Source: Syntrophorhabdaceae bacterium (GTDB lineage Bacteria > Desulfobacterota > Syntrophorhabdia > Syntrophorhabdales > Syntrophorhabdaceae). From it: a stretch of DNA of 64,000 nt. Made by a program: the position numbers and the translations under genes. The notes beneath the pieces were generated by a model that did no database searches, was not told the origin of the DNA, and saw nothing but the letters and a program-made list of their open reading frames with translations. Positions 29,775-39,315 of the stretch are shown in pieces (position 1 is the stretch's first letter; each line of letters begins with the position of its first letter). The DNA lies in contig CAXXUO010000004.1 in assembly GCA_963666485.2 (NCBI GenBank), forward strand, positions 237,195 through 301,194, in the 5' to 3' direction.

Positions 29775-31281
29775 AGCCGCACGGAGAAACCCGGCGCTTG
29801 ACATTATCCGAAAAGGCTCCGTCATAACGATCATCACGCTGATATCGAGGCCGCTCGGCTACGTGAGGGAGGCCATCCAGGCGTATCTTTTCGGGGCGAC
29901 GCTGCTCGTCGACGCCTTTATCGTCGCATTCAATTTTCCCGAACTCATCCAGACGCTCTTTTTCTCCGGTGCGACAAGCGCCTTTTTGATCCCCGTCTGC
30001 ACGAAATACCTCAATGACCGTGAGCAGTATTCCCATATCTATTCGACGTTCATTAACATATCGATCGTTATCACCCTGTTCGTGTCCCTTCTCTTCTTTC
30101 TTTTCAGCAACACGGTCGTCAAGCTCATTGCGCCCGGGTTCACAGCCGAGGCCAAGGTCATCACGAACAACCTGTTCATCATCATGATACCGGTCATAGC
30201 GTTCCACACGATCCTGTCCGTGATGAAGGCCTTTCTCAATGCGCGCGAGCACTTCGCCGCGCCCGAATTATCGGGGATAGTGTGGAACATCCTCTTCATC
30301 GCGTCCGCGGTGCTCCTCGGAAAGAAACTCGGCATATACAGCCTCGCCATTGGCGTGACCGTGGGATCACTTCTCCAGATCGTGATGCAGTACCCGTACT
30401 TGAGAAAGCTCGGCATCCGCTATAAGGCCACACTTGATCTAAAGCACCCTGCCGTCGCCACTGCGAAGAAACTCTTCACCGGTGCCCTGATCGCGACGTC
30501 CATCGTCCCGATCAACAGCTTCGTCGGCCGCATTATCGCATCGTACCTGCCGCACGGCGAGGTGGCATCCCTGTCCTATGCGTTCAGGATCTTTATCCTG
30601 CCGTTCAGCCTGTTCGCCGTCCCTGTCTACACGGTGATGTTCTCAAAGCTGTCGCGCCTTTATCACGATAACGACATGAAGGATTTCAAGGCGCACATTG
30701 ACAGCTCGATCGTCCTGATATGCGTCACTCTGGTCCCGGCAACCATCCTCCTGTGCTCGCTCGGCGATATATGCGTCAAGGTCCTTTACGAGCGAGGCGC
30801 ATTCACGCCGGCCGACACCGCGATGACGAACAGGGCATTGTTCGGCTACAGCGTGGGACTCGTCTTTTATGCGCTGTCGATCTCCTTCGTGCGAATATTC
30901 AACGCGATGCACGACATGAAGACCCCCGCGATCATCGGCATTTCATCGATAATTATAAATGCCGTCCTCGCTTCGGTCCTCATGGTCCCGTTCAGGAACC
31001 TCGGCATTGCGCTAGCGACGTCGATCGTATCGCTTTACAATTTCGTGTTCCTCTTCGTGATCCTGAAACGAAAGACCGGCTATGGCCTCGCACGGCCTGC
31101 CGTACGTGATATAATAAAATCGCTGTCCGCGGGGATACTGCTGGTAATCCTCATTGTTCTCGCACGCCGCTTCCTTCCGGGCGGCATCATCATGGCACTC
31201 GCCGTCAGCGCCGCGCTGACCATCGCGATCTACGGCCTGGCCTTTAAAAGTTATTACCTGAAAATTCTGCGCAGGCGATAG
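29755..31281 (+). CDS. murJ: Lipid II flippase MurJ
   Basis: SRPLGYVRE..FGA..DAF, LYERGAFT and HDMKTP; many TM helices. Start codon uncertain. Confidence 0.92.
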   Translation: MEPKASEAARRNPALDIIRKGSVITIITLISRPLGYVREAIQAYLFGATLLVDAFIVAFNFPELIQTLFFSGATSAFLIPVCTKYLNDREQYSHIYSTFINISIVITLFVSLLFFLFSNTVVKLIAPGFTAEAKVITNNLFIIMIPVIAFHTILSVMKAFLNAREHFAAPELSGIVWNILFIASAVLLGKKLGIYSLAIGVTVGSLLQIVMQYPYLRKLGIRYKATLDLKHPAVATAKKLFTGALIATSIVPINSFVGRIIASYLPHGEVASLSYAFRIFILPFSLFAVPVYTVMFSKLSRLYHDNDMKDFKAHIDSSIVLICVTLVPATILLCSLGDICVKVLYERGAFTPADTAMTNRALFGYSVGLVFYALSISFVRIFNAMHDMKTPAIIGISSIIINAVLASVLMVPFRNLGIALATSIVSLYNFVFLFVILKRKTGYGLARPAVRDIIKSLSAGILLVILIVLARRFLPGGIIMALAVSAALTIAIYGLAFKSYYLKILRRR

Positions 31282-31325
31282 GAAAATATCACGGGCATTT
31301 CCCGCACGCGCGCAAGGGGGCTTTC

Positions 31326-31354
31326 TTGACTCACCGGTAGCCCTGTGTTAGCAT
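31326..31354 (+). promoter_or_regulatory. Putative sigma70 promoter
   Basis: TTGACT-17 nt-TAGCAT with a TGn extension. Confidence 0.5.
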
Positions 31355-31382
31355 TTTTACCGGTGATGCTCAAAGTGAACAC

Positions 31383-34300
31383 ATGAGAACGATAAGAGAA
31401 TTCCACGTTTCGCGCAGAAGCAGGGATGCGTACCAGTTCAGCGACACGCTTTTCACATTGAGCGGCAACGTCGTCTTCACAAATTTCCTCGCTGCGCGCA
31501 GCTTCGCGCAAAAAATGAACCAGAAGAAGGACCTTGTCCTCTATCCGGAAAGCGCTGTTCGCGCCGGCGCCCTCATCGCGATGGGGCTCATAGACGAGAT
31601 CCTCCATTTCGTTGTCAGTGTTTACGCCGAGTCAACACAAAAGAATATCATGCAGGGTGTCCTCACGCACCTCGAGTCGAAACTGGGGCGCGATGACGTT
31701 CACAGGGTCCTGAAGCAGTTCACCGATGAATTCCCCCCCGTTGCCGTGTACCAGAGGACAGCCGCGACGGACGACTATTTGAACGGCGATACGGAGGGAA
31801 CTCCGAACAATCAGGTATCGCTCGAAGAGATGCTTCTCCTGTGGCTTGCCAACATGAACCCGGCATTCCATCCTTTCCTCGAGCTTTTCGACGATTCATC
31901 CCTGAAAAGGGACACTGTGTACCTCAAGGTCATTGCAGAGCTGCGGTCATTTTTCGATCACGAGCCGCCCTTCGGCCCGGACGGGCAGAACATCATAGAC
32001 ATGCTCCGCAGCCCCGCCATCGCCGTGCCCCACTCTCTCTCCGGCCAGCTCGAATATATCATGGAGCGATGGGGATACCTGCTTGGCACCCGCTTCATAT
32101 CGCGGATGCTCAAGAGCCTCGATCTCTTCAAGGAAGAAGAGAAGATGCCCTTTCTCGGGCCGGGCAAGGCAGAGATCTATCGCTATACCGGTCTCGAGTT
32201 CGAGCCGGAGAAGTTCAGCGCCGACAAGGACTGGATGCCCCGTCTCATCCTCATCGCCAAGAATATCTACGTCTGGCTCGACCAGCTGTCGAAGGCGTAC
32301 GGGCGCCCTATAACAAAGCTCGACGACATACCCGACGATGAGCTGGATATCATGCGCAGGCGCGGCTTTACCGGCATCTGGCTCATCGGGGTCTGGGAAA
32401 GGAGTGCGGCATCCCAGCGCATCAAGCAGATGTGCGGCAACCCTGAAGCGGTCCCCTCCGCCTACTCCCTTCATGACTACATCATCGCCGAGGACTTAGG
32501 CGGTGAGGAGGCTTTTCTCGAACTCAAGACACGGGCAACGCGCCGGGGCATCCGGCTCGCAAGCGACATGGTGCCCAATCATGTCGGCATATACTCACGC
32601 TGGATGATCGAGCATCCCGACTGGTTCGTTTCCCTCGATCAGAACCCGTATCCCTGGTACACCTACGCCGGGACGAACCTGTCCCATGACGATCGCGTTT
32701 CGATCCACATAGAAGACCATTACTACGACCGCACCGACGCGGCGGTCGTTTTCAAGCGGCGCGACAACTGGACGGGCAGTGAGAAATTCGTCTATCACGG
32801 CAACGACGGCACGAGCATGCCATGGAACGACACGGCCCAGCTCAACTATCTCAACCCCGAGGTCCGCGAGGCGATGATCCGGACCATTATCCACGTTGCG
32901 GGTAAATTTCCCGTCATTCGTTTTGACGCCGCTATGACGTTGACAAAGAAGCATTTCCAGCGCCTGTGGTTCCCTGAACCGGGGACCGGCGGCGCTATCC
33001 CGACCCGTGCGGAGCACAGCCTGACATACGACGATTTCTCGAAGGCCATGCCCCACGAGTTCTGGCGCGAGGTCGTCGATCGCGTGGCCGAAGAGGCGCC
33101 GGACACCCTCCTTCTCGCCGAGGCCTTCTGGCTCCTCGAGGGATATTTTGTCAGGACCCTGGGAATGCACCGCGTATACAACAGTGCCTTCATGAACATG
33201 CTTCGGGACGAGGAGAATTCCAAGTACCGCCTCGTCATGAAGAACACGATGGAGTTCGATCCCCAGATCCTGCGCCGTTTCGTCAATTTTATGAACAACC
33301 CCGACGAACGGACCGCGGTCGACCAGTTCGGCACCGGCGACAAATATTTCGGGGTGTGCACGATGATGGTCACAATGCCGGGCCTGCCCATGTTCGGCCA
33401 CGGCCAGATTGAGGGCTACGCCGAAAAATACGGGATGGAATACCGGCGTGCATACTGGGAAGAGACGCCCAATCAGTACCTCGTCGACAGGCATGAACGC
33501 GAGATATCCCCTCTTCTCCACAAGCGTCACCTGTTCGCGGACGTGGAGAACTTCCTCCTCTACGATTTTTTCACGCCCGAAGGCGGCGTAAACGAGGATG
33601 TCTTCGCATACACCAACAGGCACGGTGATGCGAGAACATTGTTCGTCTTCAACAACAGGTACGCGACAGCACGGGGATGGATAAAGAGGTCGGTCTCATT
33701 CTCCGTCAAGGATGAAGCCTCCGATGCCCGCCATCTCGTCCAGAGAGACCTCAAAGAAGGCCTCAGTATCACGGCGAACGGCCGATATTACACGATCTTC
33801 AGGGACCATGTCTCAAACCTTGAATACATTCGGGAGAACAGGGAATTGTCCGACAACGGGCTCTTCATAGAGCTCCAGGCATACCAGTACCACGTGTTTC
33901 TCGATTTCCGCGAGGTCGAGGACAACGAATGGAGCCATTACGGGCAGATCTGCGGGTACCTCAACGGAAGAGGCGTACCCAGCATAGACGACACGGTCCG
34001 CGAGATCTTCCTGCAGCCCATCCATCACAGCTTCAGAGAGCTCGTGAACCCCGGGTTTTTCCGGTATGTCCTCGCGAGCCACAAGGATATCATGAACCGC
34101 GAGGCGCTCCTGCCTGCGGACGACCTCATAGACCAGGCAACCACAAGGCTATTCGGCCTTCTCCACGAGATCAAGGCATACCTGGGCTCGACGCGGGATG
34201 AAACAGTGATCGTGGATGAAGTGAAAAGGAAATTCACCGCTCTAATTCAGTCCCATCCCTTCGTGCAGGATATTACCGACGGTGAGGGCGACCTGCACAT

Positions 34301-34859
34301 GCTCCTCGCGCGTGAGCTTTCCGCTTCCAACCTCGCATGGCTCTTTGTCCACGTCCTCGGGGGGCTCGTCGACGGCGCGGAGGGGCGCGAGGAAATAAGC
34401 CGCAGCTGGATCGACGAATGGCTCTTCGGGCGCATAATAGGCGAGACGCTCAAAGACCTCGGATACGATGAAAAGGAGGTCCACGGCGCCCTGCTCCTCA
34501 TCAAGATATTTACAACGCACCAGGACTGGTGCGCTGAAACAGACCCGCGCGCCATCCTCAATTCATTCATGGGCGATGGGGACGTCCAGTTCTTTCTTGG
34601 GGTCAACCGCTACCAGGGTATCCTCTGGTTCAGCAAAGAGGCCTTCGAGGAGATGATCGCCTGGATGTACTTCACGGCAGGCATCTCGACAATGTCCGGC
34701 GAGGATGGTGACGAAAAAGAGATGCTGCGCAGCCTGAAGCGGTGCTTCACCATGATCGAATTCCTGCACCGTGCATCCCTCGCATCGGGTTATCAGCTCG
34801 AAAAATTGATCTCCATAATCCAGGAAGCCAACAGGGCAGTGGTGGAAAGAGAAAAGTAA
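31383..34859 (+). CDS. Large alpha-amylase family (GH13) protein
   Basis: Region I DMVPNH, region II IRFDAA, region III LAEAF, region IV FMNNPDE; long N- and C-terminal extensions. Confidence 0.88.
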   Translation: MRTIREFHVSRRSRDAYQFSDTLFTLSGNVVFTNFLAARSFAQKMNQKKDLVLYPESAVRAGALIAMGLIDEILHFVVSVYAESTQKNIMQGVLTHLESKLGRDDVHRVLKQFTDEFPPVAVYQRTAATDDYLNGDTEGTPNNQVSLEEMLLLWLANMNPAFHPFLELFDDSSLKRDTVYLKVIAELRSFFDHEPPFGPDGQNIIDMLRSPAIAVPHSLSGQLEYIMERWGYLLGTRFISRMLKSLDLFKEEEKMPFLGPGKAEIYRYTGLEFEPEKFSADKDWMPRLILIAKNIYVWLDQLSKAYGRPITKLDDIPDDELDIMRRRGFTGIWLIGVWERSAASQRIKQMCGNPEAVPSAYSLHDYIIAEDLGGEEAFLELKTRATRRGIRLASDMVPNHVGIYSRWMIEHPDWFVSLDQNPYPWYTYAGTNLSHDDRVSIHIEDHYYDRTDAAVVFKRRDNWTGSEKFVYHGNDGTSMPWNDTAQLNYLNPEVREAMIRTIIHVAGKFPVIRFDAAMTLTKKHFQRLWFPEPGTGGAIPTRAEHSLTYDDFSKAMPHEFWREVVDRVAEEAPDTLLLAEAFWLLEGYFVRTLGMHRVYNSAFMNMLRDEENSKYRLVMKNTMEFDPQILRRFVNFMNNPDERTAVDQFGTGDKYFGVCTMMVTMPGLPMFGHGQIEGYAEKYGMEYRRAYWEETPNQYLVDRHEREISPLLHKRHLFADVENFLLYDFFTPEGGVNEDVFAYTNRHGDARTLFVFNNRYATARGWIKRSVSFSVKDEASDARHLVQRDLKEGLSITANGRYYTIFRDHVSNLEYIRENRELSDNGLFIELQAYQYHVFLDFREVEDNEWSHYGQICGYLNGRGVPSIDDTVREIFLQPIHHSFRELVNPGFFRYVLASHKDIMNREALLPADDLIDQATTRLFGLLHEIKAYLGSTRDETVIVDEVKRKFTALIQSHPFVQDITDGEGDLHMLLARELSASNLAWLFVHVLGGLVDGAEGREEISRSWIDEWLFGRIIGETLKDLGYDEKEVHGALLLIKIFTTHQDWCAETDPRAILNSFMGDGDVQFFLGVNRYQGILWFSKEAFEEMIAWMYFTAGISTMSGEDGDEKEMLRSLKRCFTMIEFLHRASLASGYQLEKLISIIQEANRAVVEREK

Positions 34860-34871
34860 ACGATACCTCGT

Positions 34872-35077
34872 CGTCATCCCGGGCTTGACCCGGGACCCAA
34901 GGTTCACCCCCCCCCGTCATCCCGGGCTTGACCCGGGACCCAAGGTTCACCCCCCCCGTCATCCCGGGCTTGACCCGGGACCCAAGGTTTTGTTTTTTAT
35001 GATTCTTTTTTCATTTGGTCATTGCTAAAGGATTCAAAAGAAAAACCTTGGGTCCCGGCTCGGAGGCCGGGATGACG
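34872..35077. repeat. Tandem triplicated CGTC-type palindrome plus inverted partner
   Basis: CGTCATCCCGGGCTTGACCCGGGACCCAAGGTT starting at 34872, 34915 and 34957; inverted CCTTGGGTCCCGG..CCGGGATGACG at 35046-35077. Confidence 0.92.
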
Positions 35078-35115
35078 GGGTTGGAGGAGAATGACCAGTC
35101 GGGGTTGCGGGTTCT

Positions 35116-35307
35116 TTATTCTTTCTTCTTTTTCGAACCAGCCAGTACTTTCTCTTTGCACGGCATGTTCTTGTGGACGAGCATCTTCTTGAGGCTGCAC
35201 TGAACGGCGACGAATGTCCGGCAGCTGCCTGACCCGTCTACACCGCTTTCCTTGGGCATCGAGGCATATTTGCAGGACAGGTCGCAAAAATCGATGAGGC
35301 CCTTCAT
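35116..35307 (-). CDS. Small Cys-rich hypothetical protein (63 aa)
   Basis: SD AAGGGGA before ATG 35307; MKGLIDFCDLSCKYA..GSCRTF..QC..PC. Confidence 0.65.
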   Translation of the reverse strand: MKGLIDFCDLSCKYASMPKESGVDGSGSCRTFVAVQCSLKKMLVHKNMPCKEKVLAGSKKKKE

Positions 35308-35368
35308 GAGTACGTCCCCTTTAATGCCCCCGAAATCTGTCTGCAGTGACAGCCTTTCGAGGAAAAAA

Positions 35369-35641
35369 TCACCGCGGCTTATCCTTCTTGCCCGCCTTGT
35401 CACGGGCGTCATCAGGAAAACATGACGACATCGTCCTGTTGCAGGCAACAAATACGGCGACCCCGATAATACCGACAGCGGCCCATGCTATCTGAGAAAG
35501 CGTCGTCGGCTCCGGCGGTCTCGTCGAAATATAGGTTAGCCCGCCAAACCCAATGACGGCTAGAATACCGCCTGCAAGCTTGCCCAGCATAAGCGGCAAC
35601 TGCCGCATCTCTGATCTGATATTATTCTTCATATCCGCCAT
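35369..35641 (-). CDS. Small two-TM hypothetical membrane protein
   Basis: ATG directly follows the DUF2950 stop; two hydrophobic segments. Confidence 0.6.
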   Translation of the reverse strand: MADMKNNIRSEMRQLPLMLGKLAGGILAVIGFGGLTYISTRPPEPTTLSQIAWAAVGIIGVAVFVACNRTMSSCFPDDARDKAGKKDKPR

Positions 35642-36601
35642 TTACTTTACCTGCGTCCAGGTCTTATCGGGATCGAATGCCTTCATCGCCTGCGCCGTCT
35701 TCGCCGACTTTTTGCCGAGGTCCTTTTGATAGACAACCCCGTCCTGGTTCACGATGAAGGTCATCACTCCCGTCGACCCGTACTCGGCGGGATAGGCGAC
35801 AAGCGCAAAGCCCCCGCTCATTTTGCCGTTCACGACATAATCCCGGGCGCCCCCTGACGCGTTCTTTCCCTGGGAGGTCAGTATCCTGTAGTAATACCCG
35901 TGGTAGGGGACCGGCGTGTCCTTCCCGGGCGTAAACCCTTCCTTGCGTGCCTGGGCCATGAAGATGCCCAGGGGACTTGGCACTTCATTGTCCTTCGTTT
36001 CCCAGTAAAGCCCGTTGCGCATACCCGGGTCGGACATGAATTTTTGGGCATACTCGCCTATCCCGCTTTTTGGCATCGTCATACTCACGTAATCCTTCTG
36101 AGCATCGACATATGCGAGGCAGGACTGGATCGTATCGAGCTCGTTTCTCCCGATCCTCCTGCGCAGGACCTCCGTTTTGCCCTGGTTCGTATCGAAAAGC
36201 CACGCGTTCCCTTTTTTGACAATGGGGACGGGGAAAGGCCACTCGTTATTGCCGACGTAAAGAAACGCCCTGTTGTCCGGGGAGATGTCGAGCCTGTTCT
36301 TTTCCTCGAACGCCTTCACGAAGCGCTGGTAAAGGTCTTTATTGACCGCCGGGTCTTTGGACACGACAAGGTCTTTTCCCTTCGGTCCGAAAATAGCGTC
36401 CATCTGGCTGCTGTCCTCAGCCTTTGCCGCGCCGAAGAGGGCTTGCGCGGCATCCTCAGCCGAGCCGAATGTCTTCTGTTTCACGCTCTTTGTCGCTGCC
36501 GATCCCACCGACACGATCGCACATACCAGGAACACGGCGACAGCGCAGAAAAATACAGATCTGTGAATCCATGCTGCTTTTCTATTCATAACGCGATCCA
36601 T
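35642..36601 (-). CDS. DUF2950 family protein
   Basis: WPFPVPIVK, RRIGRNE, YVDAQ, GLYW, PYHGYYYRIL, GFALVAYPAEYG and VYQKDLG; SD GGAGG before ATG 36601. Confidence 0.93.
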   Translation of the reverse strand: MDRVMNRKAAWIHRSVFFCAVAVFLVCAIVSVGSAATKSVKQKTFGSAEDAAQALFGAAKAEDSSQMDAIFGPKGKDLVVSKDPAVNKDLYQRFVKAFEEKNRLDISPDNRAFLYVGNNEWPFPVPIVKKGNAWLFDTNQGKTEVLRRRIGRNELDTIQSCLAYVDAQKDYVSMTMPKSGIGEYAQKFMSDPGMRNGLYWETKDNEVPSPLGIFMAQARKEGFTPGKDTPVPYHGYYYRILTSQGKNASGGARDYVVNGKMSGGFALVAYPAEYGSTGVMTFIVNQDGVVYQKDLGKKSAKTAQAMKAFDPDKTWTQVK

Positions 36602-36640
36602 ACGTTCTCCTCCTCGTATATTCATCGATATGACCGGGCA

Positions 36641-37834
36641 TTACCGCCTCCGGCCGCCGCCCCCGCCCCCGCCCCCAAGGCCGCCTGAACCGCCGCCTTG
36701 CGGACGCGTACCGGCCATGCTCTGCTGGCTCGTGCGACCGCGATCACTCGACATGCGCGTCTCACCGCCCGGCCTGTTCATGCCGTCAAATGCCTGACCG
36801 GACTGGTCCCTCTGTGCATACTGTGAAGCCTGGCCGTGCTGCTGACCTGTCTGTGACGAAGGCCTCTGTTGACCGAGCGTCTGGGTCCCCGATCCTCCCG
36901 AACCGGGCCGGTTGCCGGGCTGCTGTCCCCGGGCATCGGGCGAGTAGCCCCGGTAATCCTTTCGCGTATCAGGTCCCGGGCGTGTCTGTTGGCCGTACTT
37001 GGCAGCCGTTCCCTTGTCCTGGTACGCAACGGGCCCCCTGTGGTCCGGGTTATGCTGCCAGTTGCCATTCTGATTGACATACGCGTTGCGGTTGATCGTG
37101 TTGTTATACGAGACGTTCTTGTTGACATTCACATTCACATCCCCGCCGTGCCAGTTGCAGTTGCCCCAGGCATATCCCCAGGCCGCCCCGACGGCTACGC
37201 CCGCCGCGAAGGAGAATGCTGCAACACCGGCCGTGTATCCGGGCGGATAATAGGAGTACGGCGGGTATGCGGGATACGGCCATGCCCCGTAAACGACAGT
37301 GGGATTATACGTCGGGACATAGACAACCTGCGGGTCGGCGGGCTGAATGACGATGACCTGGTCCTGGACAACGACTTTCTGCTCCTTCGTCGTCTTCAGG
37401 TTTCCCTGCGCCTGTGCCTTGGCCCTCAAGCTCTGGATGGTATTCATAACATCCTTCTCCTGTGCCAGGAAAGCATTCCCCAGTTTCTGCGTCCAGTCGA
37501 GCTGGTCATTCATCATGGTGAGCACCTGGGGAAAAGTGACAAGCGACTTGACCGACGGGTCCCAGCTCTGCTTTTCGAGCGCAGAAGCAAGCTGCGATCC
37601 TTTCAGGTTCGCGTTTGACTTTGCCCACCGGGCCGCTTCCACGACCTCCAGGGGATACGTCGACGCCATGAGGATCTGTGCTACAAGATCGTCCGGGTAC
37701 AGGGCGATCGGCGCGAGGACCTGGTTGAGTTCCTCCTGTGTATAGGCCGGCTTTGACTGGGCCGACAAACTGAAAGGAACGACCAGGGACACAACAAGGA
37801 TCCAAACCAATGTGCGTGCATATAGCTTATTCAT
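36641..37834 (-). CDS. DUF3300 family protein
   Basis: LAPIALYPD..ASTYP, WDPSVKSL, VYVPTYNP and WQHNP..H; Gly/Arg-rich tail. Confidence 0.93.
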   Translation of the reverse strand: MNKLYARTLVWILVVSLVVPFSLSAQSKPAYTQEELNQVLAPIALYPDDLVAQILMASTYPLEVVEAARWAKSNANLKGSQLASALEKQSWDPSVKSLVTFPQVLTMMNDQLDWTQKLGNAFLAQEKDVMNTIQSLRAKAQAQGNLKTTKEQKVVVQDQVIVIQPADPQVVYVPTYNPTVVYGAWPYPAYPPYSYYPPGYTAGVAAFSFAAGVAVGAAWGYAWGNCNWHGGDVNVNVNKNVSYNNTINRNAYVNQNGNWQHNPDHRGPVAYQDKGTAAKYGQQTRPGPDTRKDYRGYSPDARGQQPGNRPGSGGSGTQTLGQQRPSSQTGQQHGQASQYAQRDQSGQAFDGMNRPGGETRMSSDRGRTSQQSMAGTRPQGGGSGGLGGGGGGGGRRR

Positions 37835-37941
37835 CGTGCTCCTCCTGATATCTACGGAACGGCAACCACGAAAAAACTCTCCTACAAGGCCCGCTTTACC
37901 TCAACCTGATATTTGGGCCGGGCAAACCTTCAGCACACGCG

Positions 37942-38238
37942 TCAATCTTCTTCGACAATACAGGCATTCGCCCGTGTCGACGACTCGCGCAGCGGGCCAA
38001 TTCTTTTATATTCTTCCGAGCCGAAGCATCTTTCGAGACCGTCCCTGTCCCTGAACCTGATCATAATGACCCGTACCGGGCACGGCCCCCCGAAAAAAGG
38101 GGATACGCGGTTGCTCCTGACAACATATTCCCCCCCATTCTTTTCAACGATATCTTTAACGCCCGCGATATACTCCCCATACGCCGCAGCATCAATGATT
38201 TCCATTATCTCAACCAGAAAATAAGCCCCCACAGCCAC
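37942..38238 (-). CDS. DUF1330 family protein
   Basis: AY..Y..GGEYVVR..VIMIRF..SEEY..R pattern. Confidence 0.8.
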   Translation of the reverse strand: MAVGAYFLVEIMEIIDAAAYGEYIAGVKDIVEKNGGEYVVRSNRVSPFFGGPCPVRVIMIRFRDRDGLERCFGSEEYKRIGPLRESSTRANACIVEED

Positions 38239-38257
38239 CCTGTTTCGTTTTTTTTCT

Positions 38258-38348
38258 TTCGCCTTTCGCCTTTCGCCTTTCGCCTTTCGCCTTTCGCCTT
38301 TCGCCTTTCGCCTTTCGCCGTTAGCCGTTAGCCGTTAGCCGTTAGCCG
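38258..38348. repeat. Heptamer tandem array, 13 units: (TTCGCCT)8 TTCGCCG (TTAGCCG)4
   Basis: Read directly; abuts the acsE stop codon. Confidence 0.95.
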
Positions 38349-38349
38349 C

Positions 38350-39228
38350 TTATATTTCCAGCCACGAATCCGAGTAAAGCGTCTGTCCGATAAGCACGCG
38401 GGCCGTCTTGACGTAATCAACATATTCTTTCGAAAGCCCCGACATATCGATATCTGCCCCATCCATCACGCCGTGGACCAGGGCCTCGAGTTCAGGTTCC
38501 CGGTCGCGCGCTATGGCGATAAGCTTCTCGTCGAACGCGTCGACAATTGCCGAATAGAGCCCGTACCGTTTCAGCATGATGAGGTACGTCCTGTTCATCA
38601 CCCCGCGCAGGTGCGTCGGCACACCGTTCGATACGTTGGACAGGCCGCACGTCGACCGCGCGGCAGGTGCAAGGTCGGGAAGCATCATCATGAATTCCGT
38701 GCAGCCCTGGATCTGCATCTGCTGCGTATTGACAGGAAGCACGATCGGGTCGATCCAGATATCCTCTTCCGATATGCCGTACCCGGCCGCGGCAGCCAGG
38801 ATCTCGGCGGCGCACAACCCCCGTTCGTTGGCGTCCCGGGGGATCCCCTCCGCGCTCAGCGTAAGCCCGATGAAGGGAGCATTGTATTTCTTCGCCAACG
38901 GCATCAGCGCCTCTATCCTCTCGGGACGGGCGGAGATAGAATTAATGAGCGGCCGCGTCTTTGCAACCTTAAGTCCCGCCTCGATCGCTTCCACATTCGA
39001 TGTATCGAGAGATAAAGGAAGATCGGTCGCGTCCTGTACGGTCGTGACAAGCCACTCCATGAAATCGGGGCCTGTCTTCCGGGCCGGCCCGATATTGAGA
39101 TCGATCATGTCCATGCCGGCCTGAGCCTGCGCCCGCGCCATGTCCTGTATAGGTCCCGCATCCCTGTTGAGGAACGCCTCGCCAAGCTTTTTTGACATAA
39201 CATTCAAATTCTCGCCGATAAGGAACAT
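38350..39228 (-). CDS. acsE: Methyltetrahydrofolate:corrinoid/Fe-S protein methyltransferase
   Basis: Pterin-binding barrel IGENLN, LSLDTS, LINS, IDP and GLSNVSNG; last gene of the acs cluster; SD GGAGG. Confidence 0.9.
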   Translation of the reverse strand: MFLIGENLNVMSKKLGEAFLNRDAGPIQDMARAQAQAGMDMIDLNIGPARKTGPDFMEWLVTTVQDATDLPLSLDTSNVEAIEAGLKVAKTRPLINSISARPERIEALMPLAKKYNAPFIGLTLSAEGIPRDANERGLCAAEILAAAAGYGISEEDIWIDPIVLPVNTQQMQIQGCTEFMMMLPDLAPAARSTCGLSNVSNGVPTHLRGVMNRTYLIMLKRYGLYSAIVDAFDEKLIAIARDREPELEALVHGVMDGADIDMSGLSKEYVDYVKTARVLIGQTLYSDSWLEI

Positions 39229-39244
39229 GATCCCTCCAAAAGAT

Positions 39245-39311
39245 GGTTCAAGGTTCAAAGTTCAAGGTTCGGGCTTTCCCGGCCTTGAACTTTGAACCTT
39301 GAACCTTGAAC
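39245..39311. repeat. Inverted heptamer arms forming a perfect 23-bp stem between acsC and acsE
   Basis: GGTTCAAGGTTCAAAGTTCAAGG (39245-39267) is the exact reverse complement of 39283-39305. Confidence 0.95.
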
Positions 39312-39315
39312 TTTT

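Noticed and set aside
34872..34987. Three palindromic repeats resembling a CRISPR array
   Set aside because: The intervening sequences are about 10 nt and essentially identical (poly-C), there are no cas genes, and the unit matches the dispersed REP-like family.
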